Of a stretch of 64,000 nt of DNA, positions 25,501 to 38,268 are shown piece by piece (positions within the stretch are counted from its first letter, which is position 1; each line of letters starts with the position of its first letter). Source of the stretch: Ginglymostoma cirratum (Eukaryota). Both the position numbers and the translations under genes were made by a program. The stretch is from NCBI GenBank assembly GCA_024137785.1, contig JAHRHZ010000013.1, positions 10,973,577-11,037,576 on the forward strand, written 5' to 3'. The notes beneath the pieces are model-generated. The model saw only the letters and a program-made list of their open reading frames with translations, did no database searches and had not been told where the DNA came from.

Positions 25501-26346
25501 TTTAAATTGTGCAGTGAAAGTCTGTGTTGAAGTGTACTGTTCTTTTCTGTTTATGAGATTTTTTGGCTTCTCCTTTCTCTTTTCATTTATTGTTGCTACT
25601 TTAAAAGTTGCAGGTTTCTGCCTGTAGGTGGCATTTGTGCCAAGAAAGTGAGGGGTCAACTTCAAGGAGACAAAGTGGCTGAATCAACTGATCTCTGGCC
25701 ACAGGTAAGACCTTTTTTTTAATGTTTAAAATGTTTTCTCAGTGTTCTTACTCAGTATTTTGTTATATTGCATTCTAGAAGTGTTTATTGGTTTCTTGCA
25801 ATAAATTTCCACTTACCTGGATTGTCCACTTTGCGAACCCTTCATCCTGTTTAAATTGTGCTACAACTGTAATATTTAAATACAAACTCTAAGTTTAAAC
25901 GTCAGGGATTCCTGCTTGTCAGTGATTAATGCCTAGATTATTGTTAATTCACTACGTAATTCAAAATATACTTAAATATATTTACTTTCTATATAAAATG
26001 TATCTTTCTGTTAATTCTTTCTTGTGTTTTCCATTTAAATGTAGTGAATAATTAATTGAAATTCTGCAAAACAATTTGTTAATTCCTCATTTTACCTTGC
26101 TATACACAATTAACTTGATTCATAAAGAAGTTTTATCAACAAACTAATTCTATCATTATTTGAATTTGAACTGTTCACCCATTACAATCAGGTTTGGCAA
26201 ACATTTGACAAGAGGTAATTTGTTAATACCATCAGGCTTGTTTGTGTTTTCTCATCAGCCATCCTATTTGTGAAATACCGTGAAGTCCATTTAATAGAAA
26301 ACTGTACCACACTTTTCCCAGAGCTTCGTGAGTTTTTAATGACTCC

Positions 26347-26880
26347 TGTTGTATACAGTTCTTGCCACTAGATGGGGTATTGCATGAAATCAAGTTCTGC
26401 AGGAGGATGAAAAGAGAGGATTAAGGACAACGGTTGAAGTTTCCAGTCAACTACTGAAGACAGTATCTAAAGTTGTATGTCTCACATTTGTTACTCAAAT
26501 TAGAAACTCAAGTCTGGAAGCTAACAGCAGGCAGACGGAGGCTTATTCCAGCAAGGAAAGAGTTAAAAGAAACACTCGAAGACAAAACTGTACGGATTTG
26601 AATGTATGTTAGCCTTCTGTTGAATTTCATTTCAGCGGCTCTTCAGAAAGCTCTGAAATATCTCAGATTTGAATTGTACTTTACAAACCGATGAGCTTGT
26701 GTGAAAGTAGTTTTGTGTGAAGTAGTCTTGGAATTAACGATGTGATGATTATTAAGTCAACCGATGCTCATATACTGCACAAGTCAGTTGGGAATGAATA
26801 AAACAGAGAAACACCAGCCAAAATATTTTTCAGCATCGTAAAGTGCGCAAAATGTGAAGGAGGTCATTGGGGTATGTGGA
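26347..26880 (+). mobile_element. Possible solo LTR
   Basis: Begins TGTTGTA and has AATAAA at 26797-26802. No TSD or 3' CA end identified. Confidence 0.3.
26364..26378 (+). promoter_or_regulatory. CTCF-like motif
   Basis: GCCACTAGATGGGGT versus the core CCASYAGRKGGCRS; motif match only. Confidence 0.35.
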
Positions 26881-28639
26881 TGTAAGGTATGATTGACAAG
26901 CATACAGAAACACAGCTAAGTAATATAAATGCAATGATTTTGAATCCCAGTACGAGTATTTGCAAAGTAAAAGAGTAGATTTATGTGTAAAGTTGTGCTA
27001 CAATATGTATGTGAAGTGCAGAACTTCAACTCCCCAAAGTGACCTCCTCTAAGGTTAAAAAATGATTTATACATGATTTCACAGAAATATGTCCCTGGGC
27101 CTCTTATTAAGACTTGAAACCAGTCAGTCTGTGCCATTCCCCAGCTCTTTTTATTTCCACATGAAAGTGATTAGAGATGTTTATCTGGGCCAGAAAGCTG
27201 GGGGCTGGAGTTGCTTTCATCACTGAAACCATGGAGATGTCAAATACATCAGAAACTACCAAAGACTCAAGCCATTAACCTGCCTCCTTTTCCTCCAACC
27301 ATGTCACTCTGTACAGCCGCATGTATTTGTGAGACATGAAATAACATTTCCAGATTAAAACATTATAAAAAGCAGGAAACTCATTTGCTCATAATTTGTA
27401 GCTACAGGCCAATATATGAGTAAATGCCACTGACGTAAGGCATGTTCTCACACTTTTATCCTGTTAGTTGTTACAAATGATCTTGGTCATATAATGAGAC
27501 CTTTTTGTGATGGTTCACAGTCACTGATTCCATAGGCAAGAATGGCTTTCAAAGAACTTGTGAAAGAGTTCCCTTGGGTAATCAAATCATATGCCTGACC
27601 TTCAGGACTTCCTTCAACTGTCAAAACCACTGAAATCCCAGTAGAACATTTTATCTTTTAATTCATAAAGAACAAAAGAATATATATAGGCTTGCGACTA
27701 TTTTGCAAAGTATTTTATAAGTAGTATAAAGAAATCAGTAACCAATCAGTGATAAATATCCTCAGGTTAAATCCAGTGCCTCTGACAAACCATTCCTTTC
27801 GCCCTTTTCGTTTAAATCACCATTTTGAAGCACTCACTCAATAAAGCTGCTACCATGTTGAGCTGCAGATGTTTCATATGGTGCTCATTACAGCTACTAC
27901 TGCCATCTTGAGGGAAAACCGAAAACCCAAAGGCCTCAAGTTTTCAGCAGGGATCTATGAATAATCAATTATATTCTTGAAGATGTCATTAATCTCTCAA
28001 GTGGCTCTGCAGCCATGATATTGAATGTAGTTTGTTCCCCATCCCCCACCATTTTAGTATCTTGAGTATATAAACCTTGAATTTAAAAAGATGGAGCATC
28101 CATTCAAAGTAAAATATGAATTCCTATTAAATTTTATAAATGAATCAGCAGCGTAGCATAGTCTAATAGTGTCATATAATAGATTATTAAATTTCATTGC
28201 AATTAACCAAACTTGACAAATTAAGCTTCATGATGAATTATGATTTGATAAACCCTTCTCATTTAAATGTATGAAAAATCATTATTATCTAAATAGATGT
28301 TTTAAATGTACAGTATTATATGAAGCATGCACGCATACACAGCTTCACTTTCCAATTAAGGAAGCTGATGTGATGAGAATTAAAAATGAACCTTTCATTT
28401 GCTACCTCTTGATATCATTACAGTGGCATAAGGAAAAATATAATCAAAAATACGAATCAGACAAAAATCACAATACTGGAGAGAAAGGAACATGTGTTTA
28501 GCTGCAGGCTTCCTTAAAGCTTGGGGCTGAATAACAGTAAGACACACTTGTTACCAAAGCAATAAAATATGGTCCTACAGTGTGGTTAGCACCCTTTAGA
28601 AGAGCGAGGCAAAATATCACAACTACTGCTTCGTAGTTT

Positions 28640-28900
28640 AGGTACTATCTGTACACTTTGATTTCTGGCTCTGTGACCCTTCCTAATTATAAATGCTTCA
28701 TTGTTAGTGATCATGCCTTCAGCTACTAATGTTCTAAGCTCTGGAATTTCCTTTCCTAAAACACTTTGGCTTTCTTCCCTATTCCGTATTTAAAATCTAA
28801 CCTAATATCTCTTTAGGCTTAATGTCAAATTTTGTTTGATAACATTTAAAATTTGCTTTTGAACATTTTACTATGTCAATGTTCTGTATTCGTGAAAGCT
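28640..28900 (+). mobile_element. L2 LINE 3' fragment
   Basis: CATGCCTTCAGCTAC...CTAAGCTCTGGAATTTCCT (AFS...KLWN.L), complementary in type to 12600-12660. Confidence 0.55.
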
Positions 28901-30024
28901 GCTCTTGATGCATATGTGGTGACTTCCACTGCTCACAGATCCATGGAACTGAATTTGCTGAAGATTGTGCCATAGTGCATCTACTATGTCTGCCATTATT
29001 ACATGCAGAAATTCTCAGTGATTGTAGTGTCAGTGACTTATGCCATTTTGTGCACAATATAACAATTTGCTGGGACTTTGGCCCTACTCCTGAGAGATCT
29101 TTGCCCAAAACACTAAACAATTGACTGTCGTAGCTTTGCTAACTGTTAAGATTGTTAGAGAGATTGAGTATGCTAGATTAACACCACTGTGATTACCTTA
29201 GCCACTTATACCATAACAGAATAGCACTGGAAGACTCAGGATCATTATAGTATTCAGTCATTCAGCAAGTTGCCACAGGGTAACATTTTTACTTACTTGT
29301 ACTGCAAACTTCACTGAGAACTTAAAACTTAATTAACTAATAAATTAGTATTTTGACAGCTAGGCATGTTCTGACTTTTCCTGACTGATATTTTTATATT
29401 AATATTTATTGAGCTCAAGCATCAAGCATGAATTGCAACCATAATGAATTATGGATAGCCATCCTGCAGAGCGTAGGAGACAAGCCTCTGCATAAGGGTC
29501 ACATCTTAAAGTCGATTTATATATTAATACAATGGTTTCAGTACAATCTCATCATTCAAATAAAATCTGACCTCGGCTTTCTGTTCGTACATGCTGTGAC
29601 TCATTCCAGCTATAAAAGATAAGAGCCATTGTTCCTAATACATCCCTATTTCCTATTTAACTTGTTTAGCTACGATCAGGAACATCCTAGTTGGAAACTG
29701 GAGGACTTCTGCATCAGTTACAACATTGAATGAACGAATAAATTAGATTTATTGTCATATGTACTCAAATGTACTCAATATACTCAAATGAGTTCAGTGA
29801 AAAGTTTACAAATTGCCACTTACGGCATCATCCGCGGTCCAAGACACTTAGGTACAGATTCTTCAGTACAAGTTCTTAGGGTAAAAAAATAAAAATCCCA
29901 GTGAGGTATCAAGGTCAGGGATGACATAGGGACAATAAAATTAAATGGAAATTCTTCGAGTGGTGGAGATATGAAATTGGAACAAAAACCACGGAATGCC
30001 TAAAACTGACTATATTTTTCTTGC

Positions 30025-30164
30025 GCAAAGCATTTCTGATGAAGGGTCTAGGCCCGAAACGTCAAGTTTTCCTGCTCCTATGATGCTGCTTGACCTGCTG
30101 TGTTCATCCAGCCCCACGCTTGTTATCTCGGATTCTCCAGCATCTGCAGTACCTTTTATCTCTA
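30025..30164 (+). mobile_element. Solo Penelope pLTR mini-element with 14-bp TSD
   Basis: TSD TATATTTTTCTTGC at 30011-30024 and 30165-30178. About 3 substitutions in 99 nt versus 47878-47976. Confidence 0.9.
30031..30068 (+). ncRNA. Minimal type-I hammerhead ribozyme motif
   Basis: CUGAUGA (30036-42), extra A, stem II GGGU-CUAG-GCCC, GAAA (30056-59), palindromic ACGU helix III, GUC cleavage triplet (30061-63), short stem I AUUU/AAGU. Confidence 0.75.
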
Positions 30165-31546
30165 TATATTTTTCTTGCTGACTGAATTGCTGTTTATTCC
30201 TATATTACATGGCTTGAGACAGGTGTGATGCGAAGTTCCTCTAACTTTATTATGACAGTGATAACCCTATCATCTCAGCGCAATATACCAGATGATTTTT
30301 GTCATTCAGCATTGTGTATAATTATTGCTGCGTGAAGTAGACGAATCAGTGCTGTGACATTGTGCTAAAGGCTCTCATGATTTGGGAACAGAACTAAGCT
30401 GAGCTTACTTAGAATATTTAATAACTGCAGGAGGGGAGTCTATCATGTGATCCACTTACATTGGATTTTAACCTAGGGTGGAACATTCTGAGAAAAGTCC
30501 CAGTCTCCCACACACAGTTATAAAGACTCTTTCATCGATGTATCGTATTCAATTATTTAGAACTGTATTGCTATATCTTTCAAGACTGCTACTGCTTCTT
30601 GAAGTCCCTCTTGCGCTCCCCCCTCACCTATTTGAATCAATCATTAATAGCGTGCACATCGTTATACAATTGAGAGTTCCCCTGAGCAGATTCCTTAAAA
30701 AAGCAGGAGCATTTTTAAATAGATATTTACATTGACCGTTAAGTCATTCATAGATATAGTGAGCAACAAGATTTTAAGTAGTCTTTCTAATTGCAGTTAA
30801 AGTTTGTGGGAGTTGAAATAGATTAATTGTTGGCTTACATTTCTAATAAAAACTAATGGCCTCAAAATTGTATTTTGCCAAATGGATACTGTTGAAAAGG
30901 TTACTGCACATGTTTTCCTTCATTTCAAAAGTTTTGTTTGCCTTTGCTCATGAAACTAGCTTAAATAACTGCTGACAAGCAGAAGGCTTTCAGACTGTGA
31001 ACAGAAAAGACTCTGAATTCATGAACTCCACCTATAATCTCTCATGGCACTATTCATATTCTCTTAAATGGTCTTAATGCCCATTCCTCCTTCAACCAGC
31101 AAAAATAAGGCAAATAGGTCAAACACTTTATTTTTATCCATGGGATGTTGCAGTGCTTAAAGTGTTTGTTTTGCTTTCGTACAAAATAACAGGACTGTAC
31201 TACACAAAGAATTGTTTGGGAAGAAATTAACAGAAGTGCTTAATAAATACAGGCCTTTTTCTCTTTCTCTATACATAATATTTCAGCAAATCTGAATAGA
31301 CTAAAGATATAGGCTTTGAATTTTCATTGACCTAGTGGCGCATGTCGAATTAGACAAGAGTGAAGCAAATGTGGGAGCAAACTCCAATAGCTATCCTAGT
31401 CCAGGCAATGTACTTTAGATGCAGCTTGTTTTGGTGAAATATCTGTCCATTGCAAACGTTGCCCATGATCTTACAGGTACCATGGTGAAGAAATTTCCAT
31501 AACATGAGTTTCCTTGACCCCATCATCGTCAAAACTAAGTGAGAAA

Positions 31547-31920
31547 GGGTGGCACGGTGGCTGAGTTGTTAGCACTGCTGCATCATGGCAGATTCAATTT
31601 AATCCCAGGCGTCTGTCTGTGTGGAATTTGCACATTCTCCCAGCTTCTGCATGGGTTTCCTCTGGGTGTTTTGGTTTCCCTCCACAATCCAAAGACGAGC
31701 AAGTTAAGTGGACTGGCCATGCTAAATTGCCTGTAGTGCCAAGGGATGTGCAGGCCAGGTGGATTAGCCATGGGAAATGCTGAGTTATAGGGATAAGGTG
31801 GGGTGGAGTGATGTGGGGTTTGGGGGGATTGGGTCTGGGTGGGATACTCTTTGGAGGGTGGATGTGGACTCGATGGGCCAAATGGCCTGATTCCACACTG
31901 TCTCTATGATTCTATGATTC
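31547..31920 (+). mobile_element. HE1 SINE (V-SINE)
   Basis: GGGTGGCACGGTGGCTGAGTTGTTAGCACTGCTG head, V-domain, duplicated GGA(C/T)TGGCCATG block, TCTATGATTC tail. Confidence 0.9.
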
Positions 31921-33912
31921 AGCAGTAGGTAGATCCATAGTACAAATTCCTTCAATTGTAGAGTTGATCTGAAAATATGAATTTAACTCCTGCGTGGATC
32001 TGCATCAACATTATAAATGAGGCCAAGTGAGGCAGCCAAACAGTAGCTAAAGGTGCTATAGTTATCTTTCCTATTGTTTTCCAATCTTCCCTGCAACTCA
32101 AGATATACTTCTCATGGTATGGCCTGTCAATACCATTTAAATTAAGTGACTTCTCCCTGAATGCAAATATGCCATCAGGGTTAGAATTCCACCAGCTCTG
32201 CTGCTGGTGAAGCAAGGGTAAGAACTTCTGGAGCCAGCATTGAAATCTTCGATCAATTTAAGTAAGCGCTTCATCTTAAATTGGATAATTGCTCATGTCT
32301 AAGTACATACAATGCAGAGAGAATGAAAAGTTGAAAATTTCAGATTGGATACAGTGGGATCCACAGAAACTGTAAACAGATTATTGAATGTAAAAATAAT
32401 ACTGAAGACTGCCTGGACAGCAGATATAAAAGAGACATATTTGTGTCAACAGGCAATATTCAGCTGGGTCCTTCTAGTAACTCTCAATGTATCAGTAGAT
32501 TCGGTTCCTTATTTGCATCTGACCCACCTTCCCATTTATGCAACAATTGAAGTAATTTGATCAAGAATAAGGTTTTGATTCCTCCCACTGTGAGTATTAA
32601 GCATCATTCCAGATGTTTGAGTCCCCCTACTTTAACAACATCTAAAAGTTTCAAGGGAACAAAGTTCCTGTTAAGCATTTGGCATTTATTGTGACTCTTA
32701 CCATGCACAATTCACTTCTGGAAAACATTTTTTGTTTGACAGTTACAACAACAGGACATTTACAGGACAATATAGATTGTACAACCAGAAAATCCTGGAT
32801 GGACAGCGTAAACAGTGAGGTTGGGGAGGAGTGGGGAGGTATGGGAAGTTGAATTCCTATTGGATTCTCCTTCTTGTCCACTGTAGCTTTGGTGAAAGAT
32901 CTTGAGGAACCATGGCTAAGTGATGTTCGCAGTTTTTCCAGTGTATCTATGACATTTCAATAAAAGTTACATCAGATCAAGTGGAAAGAATCCCAGTGGA
33001 ACTGTCCCACTGGATTTGGATATTTGGACAGATGTGGTTTCTGGAGATTGAAAAATCCAAGCACTGCATTTTTCTAAATCAAAATGAGCCAATGAAGGAA
33101 ACAAGAAAAGAGGAAGGGAGAAAGTATTCATCCAATCAGGCCTACTTCATCCACAGATTATTTACAATCTAATTATTTTTCTCTCTCAACATTTAAAATA
33201 TCTGTGTCTTCAGTCAATCCAGTATTTATTAAAGCAAACATCAGTTCTTCAAATCTCTCCTGATAATACAAGACCACCAATTGAACATAGTTTCTCTTCG
33301 TGTATGCTTATGCTGCATATTTTTTTGAAAAGGCAGGCAGAGCCAACAAAACGCCACAACAGGAACATAAATTTTAAAAATTTGCTCTCATTTAAAAGGA
33401 AGTCATTAAAATGAAAATGATACAGGTTTAAATTTTGGAAGCTAAATCTACACGTGGAATGCGAAGCAGTTCCGGTCAGATCGCAAATTAACTTTTTCTC
33501 ATAAGAAAATCTGTTCATCATTGTGGTATTGTCACATTTTGAGGTTTTGACCATTTTTCCACGGATTAGAAACTAGAAAAGGGAGTTACTTTTAATGTTG
33601 TGTTTTCAAAAATCATGACTAACAAGTATATAAAAAAGGTGGGGATGATAACTAGTTAAGATGATAATGATCTAGTTTTAATGAATAAACCTTCTTCATG
33701 CCATTTGACAGAAAAATCACAGGATCCATTCTTGGCCATGATCTGAAAATGAAAGCTTCTTGAAGTTGTTCAATGTGCACTTTTTGTGGCTGAGTCTTTG
33801 CTTTTGAGAGAAATAATTCTAGTTGATCACCTTGGTAAAAAAGTGACCTATTAGACCAAATTTTCACTTGAGGAAGGTGAATGTGAGATGGAGTTGGGTC
33901 CATTGCTGCTTA

Positions 33913-34128
33913 ATCATAGAATCCCTACAGTGTTGAAGCAGGCAATTCGGCCCATCAGGTCCATACCATCCCTCCGAAGAGCGTCCCACCCAGACCCATC
34001 CCTATCCTATCCATGCATTTGCCACCCTAGACACTATGGGCAATTTAGTATGGCCAATCCACCTAACTTGCACATCTTTGGACTGTGGGAGGAAACTGGA
34101 ACACACGGAGGAAACCCACGCAGACATA
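33913..34128 (-). mobile_element. HE1 SINE, 5'-truncated
   Basis: CATAGAATCCCTACAGTG...GGACTGTGGGAGGAAAC...GGAAACCCACGCAGACA (antisense tail and V-domain). Confidence 0.85.
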
Positions 34129-34276
34129 ATCATAATTCTTTGAAAACAAAACTGGCATTTCAACAACCCAATAGAAGATTCAATTAAACAGTCAATTCAA
34201 GCATCAATGACAGTTCATTTATTTACACTTAATCTTGCGCAAATAAATATTGAGCCACTGGCAAGGCAGATGAATT

Positions 34277-34449
34277 ACAACACTTAAAAGACATTTGGAT
34301 AAGTACATGAATAAGAAAGGCTTGGAGAGATATAGGCCAAGAGCAGGCAGGTGGGACTAGTTTAGAATAGGATTATATTTGGTATGGACTGGTTGGAATG
34401 AAGGGTCTGTTTCCATGCTGAATGTCTCCGTGACTCTATGACTCTATGA
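34277..34449 (+). mobile_element. CR1/HER1 LINE extreme 3' end
   Basis: TLKRHLDKYMNKKGLERY frame, then GGGTCTGTTTCCATGCTG and an (ATGACTCT)n tail. Confidence 0.85.
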
Positions 34450-34953
34450 ACAGTAAAGTAACTTACAGCCCTTATTATATCCATGTAAAGATTCAAATCA
34501 AGCAAAATAAAAATTTCTGTCCGGCTGCCCAAAAAAAAACCTCCCAAGCTCACAATCCCTTTACAAGTAAGGCTCTCAGCCAAATCTCATTGTACATGCT
34601 AGGGGTGGTATTAGGGGCAGAGGTAGGGACACAGTTGTCATGAATTCCAATAAGGGGACATGGATAAGGTCTTTTAAACATAACTTCTGAAAGGTTCCAG
34701 AATCCAGATTACGGCGTTCATTGACTGCTCTGAAATCTGTGAACCATGAGCCAAAGAGAAGTTGGCAAAACTCCACAAAAATGGCAGAAGGCTAGGAGAT
34801 GCCAGCCTAAGCAGCAGAGCCAGTCTCAGATTCAGAGTGCATGCTACATTTTGTGCCAGCAAAAGCTGGGAATGTTGTCAGAATTCCAAAAATCCAAAAA
34901 TCAGGTTACACCCATCCTTTTTTAATGGCACTGGAGTAATTCCAACTCAACAA

Positions 34954-34954
<1 letters not shown>

Positions 34955-34995
<41 letters not shown>
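34955..34995. repeat. (TG)n microsatellite, about 20 units
   Basis: Perfect TG run. Confidence 0.98.
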
Positions 34996-34996
<1 letters not shown>

Positions 34997-35193
34997 AGAG
35001 AGTGCAACCCTTTCCCAGCTCTGTTTCTTCGGATGTAGATGCTGTACCTTGGGCACCATCAGCAAACAGGAAACTTCTTGAGTGCCAGCAGACAATGTCT
35101 GATTTATTGACTGGTTTTACAGAGACATTGTTGAGGATTGCAATGAAATTGGAGGAATCTGCCTAATGCATGCCACATACATTTAGGGATGAT

Positions 35194-35420
35194 CAGAGAT
35201 AGCAAGAACTGCAGATGCTGGAGTCTGAGATAACACGGTGTGGAGCTGGAGGAACACAGCAGGCCAGGCAGCATCAGAGGAGCTGGAAAGCTGACATTTC
35301 AGGTTGGGAACCTGATTCAGAAATGAGGAGGGGGAAAGGAGGTCAGAAGTAAATAGAGAGAGGAGGGATGGGGCTGGGGAAGGTAGTTGGGATGGTGGTA
35401 GGTGAGTGCAGATAGGGAAT
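35194..35420 (-). mobile_element. Penelope-like 3' UTR/pLTR fragment
   Basis: Antisense of the unit at 47780-47970; hammerhead core decayed. Confidence 0.8.
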
Positions 35421-36524
35421 GTCTGCTTCCATGGAATGATTCGTCATCTGAATGGAACATCAAACATGGCTACCACATTGTGAATGAAGATCTTTACAAA
35501 TGATTTGCAGATTCAGAATGTCATTTTAAACCAAATCCTAGGCCTCACTTTCTAGTTGACCCACATCAAAATATCCACAAGCTCATAGCTAGCAGTGAAT
35601 TGTAAGTAGGTCAATAAAGTGTTTCATTTCTCATTCATTTATCCACAGCTCCTTCAGAGCCCTGTACCCTGCCTAGTGTTCCGATGGACAGATCTTCCCC
35701 TGCACTGGTGCCAGTCTTTGTCAGTTCCTCATGGTGTCAATAACCCAGGGATCATTAGCCATAGGGGTTCCAACAGTCAAAACAGGTATCCTGCCTTGAG
35801 TTATCCTGAAACCACTGGGGTTGTACTACATACAAGTGCTAGGAAAGAAAGATTAAAGATTTGAACCTGAACAATGATATATGTATACGTGGTTGTGTTA
35901 TGCAGCGCTATCCAAAAGGATTCTGGTGCTTGCCGAATCTGAGGCAACCAGAACCCATATTTGCTACATGATACAAAACATATGCAACATTCATAAAATA
36001 CATATGCAATCTTTTGAAAATAAGTTTGAGATTTTAAACTGTCATGACCAATAGACCTGTTTCTGATCATGTGCTGCACTCTATTAAAAATAAACAAATT
36101 TCTTAAAGATAAACTGTCCATTTAATCAGAATTAAGATATTAGGGAACTTGGGAATGAAAAAGAATCAAAAATCTCTAAGGGCAGAATTTTCCATTCCCT
36201 TGAGTGGCATGGGCAATGGTGAAAACATGCGAGAAATACAATGAACATTAAAACAAAGTCAGAATCTTGCCATCAAGAAAACGATCTCCAATTATCCCCT
36301 GAAGATTTAAACAGTGAGTTCAGAATCTCACAGGAGAGTAGCGACTGCCTTATTTTCATGCTTTTGCATCTCATTACTAGTCCAAATTGCCTCATTTCCA
36401 TGCAGGTTCCAATTCACCCCTCCTTCCCCAAGAAACTGGACAGTGGCAATTCTCAATGTGGAAGTTACCTCAGAGGGTTGATGCAGCCAAAAATGGCCAT
36501 TGATGTAAATTAAGTGGCTGTCTG

Positions 36525-36568
36525 GAGAGAAGGAGAGAGAGAGAGTGAGAGAGAGAGAGAGAGAGAGA
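36525..36568. repeat. (GA)n microsatellite, imperfect
   Basis: GA run with two interruptions. Confidence 0.95.
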
Positions 36569-37229
36569 CCAACAGACAGAGACCCAAGAATATCACATCT
36601 ACGGATTCGAAGGAAACTGCAAACAGTCCTGCCAAAGGGGGAAAGGAAAATCACAACAGACTTCACGGCACTTCTCTTGTGACTACAACAGTAATGAGGG
36701 GCTGACAACCCCATGCTCCACAGCAAGGCACATGGGGTCACAGCTTGGACTGGAGAGAATTATTAAGGACAAATGCAGTTTTTTAGCCTGTGCTTGTTCT
36801 TTGGGTATCCTGAAGGGACTCAAGTGAACCTCACATTATTGAGGACATTTCAGATGGTAATTTGCAAAACTGGTGTTAGAGTGTCCTCAACTTCACATCA
36901 CCTCACTTGGAATAGTTCAAAAATACTCACAGCCCTGTGAAGCTTTGCTACAGTACCATGTCATGCCACTTCCCAGGGAGACCTGGGCTGGTCTATATCT
37001 TTAGTACATGTCTCATATATCTGATCAGGTCTGTGATCACATGTGTTTCCTATGTTTGATGAACAGGATTGTGTCTGCCAATTCCTGTAATTCCAATAGG
37101 CCGGGGTGTTAATGGTGAATGATACTGAAAGGGTTAGGAGAAAGGCTAGTATTATTTCTGCTTTAAAAGCCCCGAGATTGTATGATTATAGGACTATGTT
37201 TTCAAATTCTATAATGAACACATTCTACC

Positions 37230-37460
37230 TTAATTTAATCAAAGCATTTAAAATAATGAAGGAGGTTGACAGTGAATGGACAAGTTGAACTTAATTATTC
37301 AAGGGAAACAAATGATCATATGTATAAGCTGTGAAAGCATAGGCCTAGATTAGATGCAAAGAGATTTTTAGTTTTACCATAGTTCGTGAATTGATAACCC
37401 CAAGTTTCAATCAATGTGGTGACTGCAGATATTCTGCAATACCTCAAAAAGGAATTCCAT
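37230..37460 (+). mobile_element. Old CR1 LINE 3' fragment
   Basis: NLIKAFKIMKEVD (compare GDLIEVFKIMKGID) followed by decayed RLD.R..F...VVTA frames. Confidence 0.5.
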
Positions 37461-37974
37461 GAGGTATTTGTATAGCTAATTACTACCGCCACTGAAGTGA
37501 CAGAGGTAATGTGTTTCACTGCTGTTTGCCTGTGGATTGGCTTGGCTATAAACAATATAGTTAAAAAAAAAGACGGATTTCAATGAACGCAGAAAGGGTG
37601 TGGTCCAAAGAAGAATTGATTAGTTTTTTGTGAAAATGAGGAGTTGGATCCAGATGGTATAATATTTTTTACAGGATCAGTTTCCATTGGGAAATTGGGT
37701 GAATTTTTTTAAAAGGAATGTTAACAGTTGTTTTATTTAGAATGTTGTGGATTGGCTCAGCTGCAGTGATGCAATTTGTCACATTGTCAAAATGTGAGCA
37801 GAGGTTTCAGAGCAGGTTGTTGGACATGGATTGGGCTGAAGCCTCCGTAATGAGATGGAAGGCCATAATAATTTCTTTTTTTTTCATCTTTGTAGTTATA
37901 CAGCACCCATTATGCAAGGAAAATATTCGAGGAAGAACAGCATAATTATGATAATGTAATAATATAATCAAAGT

Positions 37975-38268
37975 GCGGAAGCAGACCATTCAGCCCACTG
38001 AGACCCTACTGACCCTCCTAACAGCATCCTTTCTGGATCCACTCCATCCCTGCAACCCTGCATTTCCCACAGCTAATCCGCCTAGCCTGCTTATCGTACA
38101 GGGCAATTTAGCATGGCCAATCCACATCTTTGGTCTGTGCGAGGAAACTCATGCAGACAAAGGAGGAACATTCAAACTCCATGCAGACAGACAGCCAAGG
38201 CTAGAATAAAACTTGGGTCCATGATGCTGTGAGGCAGCAGTGCTACCCATTGAGCCACCGTGCTGCCC
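37975..38268 (-). mobile_element. HE1 SINE, degenerate
   Basis: GGGCAATTTAGCATGGCCAATCCAC...GCTGTGAGGCAGCAGTGCTACCCATTGAGCCACCGTGCTGCCC. Confidence 0.85.

Larger units (their letters stand above)
34500..35600 (+). mobile_element. PIF/Harbinger-derived remnant, interrupted by a microsatellite and a PLE
   Basis: LLECQQTMSDLLTGFTETLLRIAMKLEES...SASME resembles the coiled-coil part of Harbinger accessory proteins. Recalled similarity only. Confidence 0.35.

Noticed and set aside
29996-30181. Repeated peptide ISDEG.RPETSSFPAPMMLLDLLCSSSP (also 47783-48088) as a duplicated gene
   Set aside because: It is a translation of the non-coding PLE pLTR/ribozyme unit.
34762-35166. ORFs with VCVCVC, ERERER or HTHTHT tracts (also 36328-36741 and 63462-63823)
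   Set aside because: These are translations of dinucleotide microsatellites.
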